A DNA stretch of 64,000 nucleotides from Cyanobacteria bacterium P01_D01_bin.156 (GTDB taxonomy: Bacteria; Cyanobacteriota; Cyanobacteriia; Phormidesmidales; Phormidesmidaceae), in contig JBCCQQ010000008.1 in assembly GCA_039024555.1 (NCBI GenBank), forward strand, positions 72,736-136,735. Reading direction: 5' to 3'. Of this stretch, positions 57,178 through 64,000 are shown piece after piece. A model generated the notes under the pieces. The model was not told the origin of the DNA. It made no database searches and was given only the letters and a program-made list of their open reading frames with translations. The position numbers and the translations under genes were made by a program. Every line of letters begins with the position of its first letter. The stretch's first letter is position 1.

Positions 57178-58532
57178 AATCTTCCACTCTTGCAAATTCT
57201 GAATTCTTATTGCAGTCTGCTGCACATCGTATCCTGATAGTCGACGATAACCCAACAAATCTCAAGGTGCTGGCCGAAGCCATTCGAGAGCAAGGATGGA
57301 CAGCATTGGTTGCAACAGATGGAGAATCAGCGTTAGAGCAAATTGCTTACATGAGTCCAGACTTGATTCTATTAGATGTCATGATGCCTGGAATGGATGG
57401 ATTTGAAACCTGCCATCAGATCAAAACCCAGGACAAAACTCAAGAAGATATTCCTATTATTTTCATGACCGCTCTCGCTGACATAGAGGATAAGGTTAAA
57501 GGATTTGAGGTAGGAGCAGTCGACTATATCACTAAACCTATTCAGCACCAAGAAGCTATTGCCCGCATTAGAGTACACCTACAGCTTCGTCATCTCAATC
57601 AGACTTTAGAAGAGCAAGTTGATGCTCGCACTACGGAACTACAGAATGCGCTGACAACACTCAAACAAACTCAACTACAGCTTGTTCAGAATGAGAAGAT
57701 GTCTTCATTAGGACAGTTGGTTGCAGGGGTTGCCCATGAGATTAACAATCCTATTAATTTCATTCATGGAAATATCTCACCTGCAAAGGAATACATTCAA
57801 GATCTATTAAAACTGATTGACTGTTATCAAACATATATAAAGTTACCACCACAGCCTGTTCAAGAATGTATTGAAGAGATTGATCTCGATTTTTTACGAA
57901 CAGATCTTCCACAGTTGGTCAGCTCTATGAAATTTGGTACTGACCGTATTCGCAACATAGTTCTATCTTTGCGAAACTTCTCACGCATGGATGAGGCTGC
58001 TTATAAGCCTGTAACTTTATCTGAGGGGATTGATAGTACGCTTTTAATTCTGCGACATCGTTTCAAACAAACAGCTGGATATCCTGCTATTCAAGTCAAA
58101 AAAGACTACGGCCCACTGCCTGAGGTAGAGTGCTATCCCAGTCAGCTAAATCAAGTATTTCTCAACTTAATAAGTAATAGCATTGATGCACTGGAAGAGT
58201 GGCTTCTAGAGGAATCAGTACGTGAATCTAATTTCACCCCTAAAATATCTATTCAAACTCGCTTACTCGAAAATAACTGGGTAACCATCCATATTTCCGA
58301 TAATGGACCTGGTATTTCAGAGAACTTAAGAAGTAGAATCTTTGACGCATTTTTTACTACTAAAGATATTGGAAAAGGGACAGGTTTAGGGCTTTCAATT
58401 TGTCATCAAATTGTTGTAGACAAACATCATGGCTCTTTGAATTGCTATTCTGAGCCTGGTCAAGGAACAGAGTTTGTTGTAAAAATTCCGATTAAAATAA
58501 CAAACCAAGTTAAAGAGACTGATCAAGCATAA
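57174..58532 (+). CDS. Response regulator receiver fused to histidine kinase
   Basis: ILIVDD, LLDVMMP, KP; GVAHEINNP; FFTTK, GTGLGL. Confidence 0.92.
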   Translation: MKSSTLANSEFLLQSAAHRILIVDDNPTNLKVLAEAIREQGWTALVATDGESALEQIAYMSPDLILLDVMMPGMDGFETCHQIKTQDKTQEDIPIIFMTALADIEDKVKGFEVGAVDYITKPIQHQEAIARIRVHLQLRHLNQTLEEQVDARTTELQNALTTLKQTQLQLVQNEKMSSLGQLVAGVAHEINNPINFIHGNISPAKEYIQDLLKLIDCYQTYIKLPPQPVQECIEEIDLDFLRTDLPQLVSSMKFGTDRIRNIVLSLRNFSRMDEAAYKPVTLSEGIDSTLLILRHRFKQTAGYPAIQVKKDYGPLPEVECYPSQLNQVFLNLISNSIDALEEWLLEESVRESNFTPKISIQTRLLENNWVTIHISDNGPGISENLRSRIFDAFFTTKDIGKGTGLGLSICHQIVVDKHHGSLNCYSEPGQGTEFVVKIPIKITNQVKETDQA

Positions 58533-58665
58533 TTAATTAACCTTAATCTCAGAAATTTAGTAACTGCCAACAAGAAAATATTACAAGTAAGTTAGCAGTA
58601 TCTCTCTCATACTAATAAGATTCTAGATGAAACTAAACTATCTCCATAATTCTCGTGAAATTCAC

Positions 58666-59316
58666 TCAATTGATCCAAACTTCTTCAGTTTCATAAAACC
58701 CTCCACGTTGCTCTAGTTGAAATCCTCCTAGAAGCGATGCAATCCAAACTTCTACCAGGGGAATCTGCAGTTGTCGCTGCAGATCTATCAACCTTTGCGG
58801 TGTTGATTCGCATTTAGCAGAGATCGCAACGACCCAAGCAGATACATCTTCAGAATGGGAAACTGCCAGCGCCTTTTCCTTCGCTTCATCCAACGTTAGC
58901 TCATCTACCAATGCCAAGACTGCAGATTTATCCACTTCAGCCACAACAGAATCAGCAGCAGCAACATCGTCTTGACTAGTAGCTAATCGATTATTCGACC
59001 GCTGCACTAACTCAGAAAAGTCTATCTCCTGAGTCTGCCGCGTCAGTCCCCGCAGCCAATCCCCATCCATTACTGGACCATCACTGTTATTTGCATCCTG
59101 CCAGTCCTCCCACAGCGCCTCAGACTTTGCTTCACAAATCTCTGCTAGCTGAGCCAGAACCTCTCCTCCCATCCGTAGCTGCTCTCGCCAGGGTAGTTCT
59201 TCCATCACCACTGCAAACTGCTGCCATAGCTCCAGAATATTCGCCTCTTCAGGCATATCCGCTGCATCCTCAAAGACATCCCCCAAGTCCAGCTCTAGCT
59301 GACGTACATCAACCAT
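58666..59316 (-). CDS. Hypothetical acidic protein (start uncertain, ATG 59316 chosen)
   Basis: Long ORF overlapping the upstream gene; ends LLGGFQLEQRGGFY. Confidence 0.65.
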   Translation of the reverse strand: MVDVRQLELDLGDVFEDAADMPEEANILELWQQFAVVMEELPWREQLRMGGEVLAQLAEICEAKSEALWEDWQDANNSDGPVMDGDWLRGLTRQTQEIDFSELVQRSNNRLATSQDDVAAADSVVAEVDKSAVLALVDELTLDEAKEKALAVSHSEDVSAWVVAISAKCESTPQRLIDLQRQLQIPLVEVWIASLLGGFQLEQRGGFYETEEVWIN

Positions 59317-59848
59317 CTGCCACTCCATCAGACTCAAAACTCTCTTTTAGAGGACAACCCTTGATGGGACACTCAGTGGGCTCTAATCGAATTTCATTAG
59401 AAAAGTGGGTAATGCCAAAGCGCTCCTTCAAATAGGGCATCACCTTCTGCTCCATATAGCGTTCTAGCTGACGCTTACGGTAACCAGCACAGTGAATGGG
59501 CTCTACTTCGAGTACTTTTTCTCCATTTTGGATGACCGTGGCTGCGATCGCATGCACCGGTGCATCTTTCCGTTTCTCTCGCCAAATATACAAATTTGCA
59601 TAGGGCAAAGAATTATCGGCCACCTCTAGAGAAACTCGTTCTACGCCATCATCCGGTTTGGCCACCCGCTGACGATACTCTACCCGACGCTTTTCGTTTA
59701 ACCCTTGCCGATTTCGATAGTGAGATCGTCTACGATGACACCGCTTATCCACCCAACAGCCATCGCCAGACTCCCCATGGAGCTGCCGTGCCTTCGTCAC
59801 ACTCATCTGAGCACAGGCCACACATTTTTGATTAATCCGTCGTGCCAT
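59309..59848 (-). CDS. Hypothetical protein with Cys-rich N-terminus
   Basis: CxxC...C....C..RRSHY and terminal CPIKGCP. Confidence 0.7.
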   Translation of the reverse strand: MARRINQKCVACAQMSVTKARQLHGESGDGCWVDKRCHRRRSHYRNRQGLNEKRRVEYRQRVAKPDDGVERVSLEVADNSLPYANLYIWREKRKDAPVHAIAATVIQNGEKVLEVEPIHCAGYRKRQLERYMEQKVMPYLKERFGITHFSNEIRLEPTECPIKGCPLKESFESDGVADG

Positions 59849-60197
59849 TTGCTATCCAAAAGTCGAGCAATCGCCAAAACGCCTTTATTTCAAGGGCTAT
59901 GATAGCTCATATTTAACAGAATATTTTTAGTAAGGTTTTTAGTGTAAGTCAAATAAATTGATTTATCGGATATTGAATTTTAGCCCCCTACATCTTGAGC
60001 GAGGAATTGGGTGTTTCAGAGAATGGAGTTATTCAAATAACCCAAGAAATTGGTTGCTCAATACGGCATGATCGACTGATTTTAGATATCAGAATCACCA
60101 CAGATAACATCCGAAACTAGTCGTAAGCACTTCATCATCGGAACAAGCTATAGATTTTTTCAGAAATGCGGTGCTATGGCTAGCCTGAACTATAAAG

Positions 60198-60395
60198 CTA
60201 CACATTGGGGCTAAGGCCATTTAGACGCTCAGTATTTTCAATTACTTGAGGTGCTAAGCGTTCAGTCATTTGTAGCAGGCGTGCAATAGTTGCTTCATTT
60301 TGGGCCTGACGTTCAATCAGAGTTGCAATCGCAGCTGTATTTGCCTCTTATTGTTCAGCAATACGCTCTAATGTCGCTTGTAGTTCTTCACTCAT
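60198..60395 (-). pseudogene. Small coiled-coil gene with in-frame nonsense codon
   Basis: MSEELQATLERIAEQ*EANTAAIATLIERQAQNEATIARLLQMTERL...; TAA at 60348-60350. Confidence 0.5.
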
Positions 60396-60535
60396 AGTAA
60401 TTGCTTGTCAGAACCGACTGCTCATCAAATATATAACCATCTTCTAAATTCCTATACTCCTGCATCAACTTATATGACAGCATCACAGTAATACGGAAAT
60501 TGTAAGTACAACTATTAGCAAAATTTTCTGATTTT

Positions 60536-60922
60536 TTACCAAGGCAACCGCCAACGGGTACGTTTTGCCTCTTTTCGCACTAGACCAACAATTGCATCAT
60601 TTACTTCTTCTTGATCATTCCCTCCAATGGTTCCTATCATCCGCTCAAGCTCATGTGCTGTAAGCGACTCGTTAACCATGTACGCTTCCTGCGCTGGTTG
60701 AGGCAAGGAACTTCGGTCGTTTCGCTTACCGCCAGTTTCCCTGTAGAGTTCATCTACATCACAATCAAAGAGCTCTTGAGTTTGGGCGATCGCACTATCA
60801 CGATACACATCACCAGCTCCCCCATTATCCTTGATGGCCTTATTGAAGCGACGGTTAACAATAGCCCCGTCAATCCGATAACGTTTAGGCGTTAGCTCCT
60901 TCGAGTTGCCCGATAGCTCCAA
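60536..60922 (-). CDS. Hypothetical protein (start uncertain)
   Basis: Coding-like C-terminal part of tracked ORF 60536..61042; start trimmed to TTG 60922 to reduce overlap with the upstream gene. Confidence 0.55.
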   Translation of the reverse strand: MELSGNSKELTPKRYRIDGAIVNRRFNKAIKDNGGAGDVYRDSAIAQTQELFDCDVDELYRETGGKRNDRSSLPQPAQEAYMVNESLTAHELERMIGTIGGNDQEEVNDAIVGLVRKEAKRTRWRLPW

Positions 60923-61361
60923 CTGGGATGCTTGTTCCTCGTAAGTGTTTTTCTCTTCCTTCCAGAAGTTCAAAAAAACCATTATTCCGTGCTTCCTGTT
61001 GTTCGTCAGCAGTGAAATCGGTCGATGTAAAAATCTGTTCAAGGCCTGCTTTGATAATGTCCAGACCGTCTTCGTACATTAAAAATTCGTCTAGAATTTC
61101 GTTACGATACTCATAATCCCAACGGTCTTGAGTAAAGTTGAATCCATGAACAATAAGAGTCCAAGGGTCTAAAGTGCCTTTATAATGTAGAGTCGCCTCA
61201 AAGCGTGCAAGAGCAGCAATCCAGGTCTTCTTATAGCGTCTATCTCCGAACAGCTTAACTTCTCTCACATAGTCGTCTAACGACCCGGTGAGCCTTCCTT
61301 TAAAACTGTTGAGTTTGGACCAACTCTTCCAAACTCGTTTTTTAAGCTGCTGCATTTTCAT
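60885..61361 (-). CDS. Hypothetical protein
   Basis: 158-aa ORF with plausible RBS; FGDRRYKKTW segment. Confidence 0.6.
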   Translation of the reverse strand: MKMQQLKKRVWKSWSKLNSFKGRLTGSLDDYVREVKLFGDRRYKKTWIAALARFEATLHYKGTLDPWTLIVHGFNFTQDRWDYEYRNEILDEFLMYEDGLDIIKAGLEQIFTSTDFTADEQQEARNNGFFELLEGREKHLRGTSIPVGAIGQLEGANA

Positions 61362-61904
61362 AGGGGTTCACCTGTGTTTACCAGCGTAAATACATCTGAA
61401 CTAGGACAATAATAGCGTTACTGATTAGTGCTGTCTACTAGATGTTAAGTGACTTTTCAGCACACCCAGCCAGACGGAATAGAAATAAAGAAGCCCGATC
61501 TATCACTCTTACAGAGAGTTAATAAATAGGATGTCTGAGAAACTCCATTACTCTATCCATTAGTTCTTAAACGCCTAGCCTTTAAACAAAGCAGGCATCG
61601 TTAGAAGCCTATCTCACAGATGCCCACTCAGCTGCTCTTAACGACTAATCACCACAACACACAGTCCTTGCATCAGATGTGCTTTAACCAGCTCATCAAA
61701 CGCCATATCATCTGAAATGATAAGCACTTAGCAGCTAAATGAGGCAGAGCCATTGAACATACTTGAAAGTAGCCATCACACGTTTTCCACATTGCTAGTA
61801 ATCTCGTAACAGCTAAGTGCTGAGACTATATGGATCACGAGTGAGCTATATGCTCTAATATGAGCTGTCTTATAACGAATTCAGCTGCTTTAGGCCTGCC
61901 TACT

Positions 61905-62183
61905 ATGAATAAAGGTGAATTGATTGATGAGATCGCATCTTCTACTGACGTACCTAAGAATGTGATCGATAACGTGGTATCCGCAACAATTGACACAATA
62001 ATGGAAACCGTTTCAGCAGGTGAGAAGGTTACTTTGATTGGCTTTGGTAGTTTTGAGCCACGGGACCGTAAAGCCCGAGATGGGCGTAATCCTAAAACGG
62101 GTGAGGTGATCAAGATTCCGGCGACGACTGTTCCTGCGTTTTCTGCTGGGAAAGCGTTCAAAGAACGAGTCAAAGAGGCCTAA
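61905..62183 (+). CDS. hup: Histone-like DNA-binding protein HU
   Basis: MNKGELI, VTLIGFGSF, GRNPKTGE, PAFSAGKAFKE. Confidence 0.95.
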   Translation: MNKGELIDEIASSTDVPKNVIDNVVSATIDTIMETVSAGEKVTLIGFGSFEPRDRKARDGRNPKTGEVIKIPATTVPAFSAGKAFKERVKEA

Positions 62184-62289
62184 CAAGCTAAAGAGCTAAC
62201 GATTCATTACTACAGGTGCTTACTATGGGCACCTATCTTTCAAACTTAGTTCTAGCTAAGTATTTTTATAAGACAGCTAGAACATATCA

Positions 62290-62910
62290 ATGGTTCGAAA
62301 GTATTGTCCGTTTAGTTTTTCCTGTGAGGCGATTACTCAATTGCCAGATTTATTCGCCGCTCAATGTCCTAATTTAGCGGCTTGTTTAGACCTGGCTAAA
62401 GCTGATGGAGATAAAGAAACGGTTCATCTTCAGGTGGGTAACGAATTACAGGCACAGCGTTCTGTACCGATGTCAGCCAACTCAGCTGCCACCCTAATGT
62501 TACGACAGCGAGGAAACCCTCAAGACCTGGAATCGCTGGGGATTTCGTCATTGATGGAAACACTCCAAGAAGCCATGGTTGAGTTAGAAACTCAGTTAGT
62601 TCAGTTAGAACCGGAAGGCAAACAGTATATTGCGCCTGAGGGAACAGAAGTTCATGCCTATGCGGTAAAACGACCCTACGGTACCTATTGGTACAACAAA
62701 CTGGCAGCTCATAGAGAAATGTTTCATCCCCAGGCGCAGCAACGGTTAGTTCGGCACATCCATTTGGGTAAAACAGACGAACCACGACATCGGGAAGCAA
62801 AGGCAGGAATTGAGCGTCGCAATCAGTTGGTCAAAACTCGAACACAGTTGATGACAGCAGCCAAGGCATTGGAAGAAGCGCTCTCGATCCTACAAAATTC
62901 ACGTTCCTAA
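62290..62910 (+). CDS. Hypothetical protein
   Basis: 206-aa ORF; YIAPEG, Y.VKRPYG.YWYNKL, HLG, GIERRN. Confidence 0.65.
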   Translation: MVRKYCPFSFSCEAITQLPDLFAAQCPNLAACLDLAKADGDKETVHLQVGNELQAQRSVPMSANSAATLMLRQRGNPQDLESLGISSLMETLQEAMVELETQLVQLEPEGKQYIAPEGTEVHAYAVKRPYGTYWYNKLAAHREMFHPQAQQRLVRHIHLGKTDEPRHREAKAGIERRNQLVKTRTQLMTAAKALEEALSILQNSRS

Positions 62911-63174
62911 AACCCTGTTCCGCCACAAGATTATTAGGAATATCTCTGATACCCTTGTACCAATATTACAGCACTCCATGGCTAAATCCGATCCACAGCC
63001 CAAATTTATTGAGTTCCAAGATGGGGTGATATAAGCGTAGCTGTCATAAAGTGCCATAAGCTCAAAAGCACTGGTATGCAAGGACTGAAGGGTAGTTTAC
63101 TTGTACTATTTTTTCAGCGAAATTATAAATTTGAGTTCAAACTCTAACGAGTTTTCGGCGTTTCAGGCAACTGA

Positions 63175-63760
63175 ACTGCGTTAGACCAACGGCAAGTGTG
63201 TTGGGCTCATCTCAAGCGAGACTTAACAGCAATGACAGAGCGGATGGGTGTTTCGCAAGAGATTGGGGAAGCGTTGCTGCGTCGCCAGCGTCGGCTGTTT
63301 CGGTGGTGGCATCAACTGAAAAATAAGACGTTGTCCCGTGAGCAGTTTATCCGTCAAGTCACCCAGCTACGGCAAGGATTCAAAACGACGTTAGAAGAGG
63401 CTGCTTCACTTCCGATTGACCCTTATGAAAAATCTCCGTTGGCGAAGACCGTCAGAACCTGTCGTCGGTTGCTCAAGGTCGAACCTGCGTTATGGACCTT
63501 CGTTGCCATCGGAAATCTTGAACCCACCAATAATGCGGCTGAAAGAGCCTTGCGGCCAGCGGTGATTTGGCGGAAAACCAGTTTTGGTTCTCAAGCTCAA
63601 CGCGGTAGTCAGTTTGTTGCACGCTTGTTGACCGTCACTGCTTCGCTCAAGGCTCAGGGCAGAGATATTCTTGATTTCCTCGCTCATGCCTGCTTGGCTG
63701 CACGAACTGGAAAAGAACCTCCTTCGTTGATTCCACAAGATCAACGCTAGGGACGGTTAC
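63175..63760 (+). mobile_element. IS66-family remnant: 3' part of transposase plus right end
   Basis: RQVCWAHLKR, EPTNNAAERALR.AVIWRK, GSQFVARLLTV. In-frame stop at 63172-63174 shows 5' truncation. Ends GGACGGTTAC (reverse complement GTAACC, IS66-type GTAA terminus). Confidence 0.85.
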
Positions 63761-63931
63761 GGTGAATTTTATGATTCAGGCAATATCCGAGAGCGTCTAT
63801 CCATGCGGAATTTTATGGAAACTCTGCGCAATAGCGGAGTAGAAACAGGAGGGCCGCCGCCTTTGAATCATCGAGATCGTGAGGCATTTGCGAACCAGCT
63901 TGATCGATTTCTGCGCAAACATATAGATTAA
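63761..63931 (+). pseudogene. 3' remnant of a gene cut by the IS66 insertion
   Basis: Open frame starts directly at the IS end: [56 protein letters not shown]. Confidence 0.45.
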
Positions 63932-64000
63932 GTGACCTTTACAGAGAAACCGAGTGATCGGTGTTGCACGCAACGCAGTAGCACTTATATCACTTCACCA

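Noticed and set aside
3165..60793. Recurrent GCGATCGC palindromes as a new regulatory motif
   Set aside because: This is the well-known cyanobacterial HIP1 sequence.
61835..62173. 112-aa minus-strand ORF
   Set aside because: Antisense shadow of HU.

Overview
Cyanobacterial DNA, judged from frequent HIP1 GCGATCGC sites and cyanobacterial gene families (Leptolyngbya-like is my inference). Bases 1-30.5 kb hold the 3' part of a hybrid PKS/NRPS operon. In order: the end of a PKS with a degenerate KR and a carrier domain; C-A(Ala)-T-Cy-A(Cys)/Ox-T; C-A(Gly)-T-C-A(Ala)-T-E; C-A(Ser)-T; C-A(Tyr-like)-T. There is no terminal TE. Instead come a CmlA-like diiron beta-hydroxylase fused to a docking domain and a thioester reductase, a SAM methyltransferase, a class III aminotransferase, MbtH, and two orphan ORFs. 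The second orphan has the Hx38HxxxC heme motif of SfmD-type tyrosine hydroxylases. With a membrane-anchored tyrosinase and several Fur-like boxes, this suggests an iron-regulated thiazole-containing metallophore whose terminus is a tyrosine-derived catechol (anachelin-type logic, different backbone). Features missed by the ORF track include a 51-aa double-glycine-leader peptide, heptamer repeats inserted in-frame in the same loop of five of six A domains, and a MITE-like element. Bases 31-47.5 kb are accessory genes (DoxX, VOC proteins, tyrosinase, MFS, PPIase, sucrase-ferredoxin, TEII, two ABC transporters). Bases 47.7-58.5 kb are an FHA-CHAT-DUF928-CHASE2 kinase-RR/kinase signalling module. 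Bases 58.6-64 kb are plasmid-like hypotheticals, HU and an IS66 remnant. All calls come from reading motifs by eye; no database searches were run.
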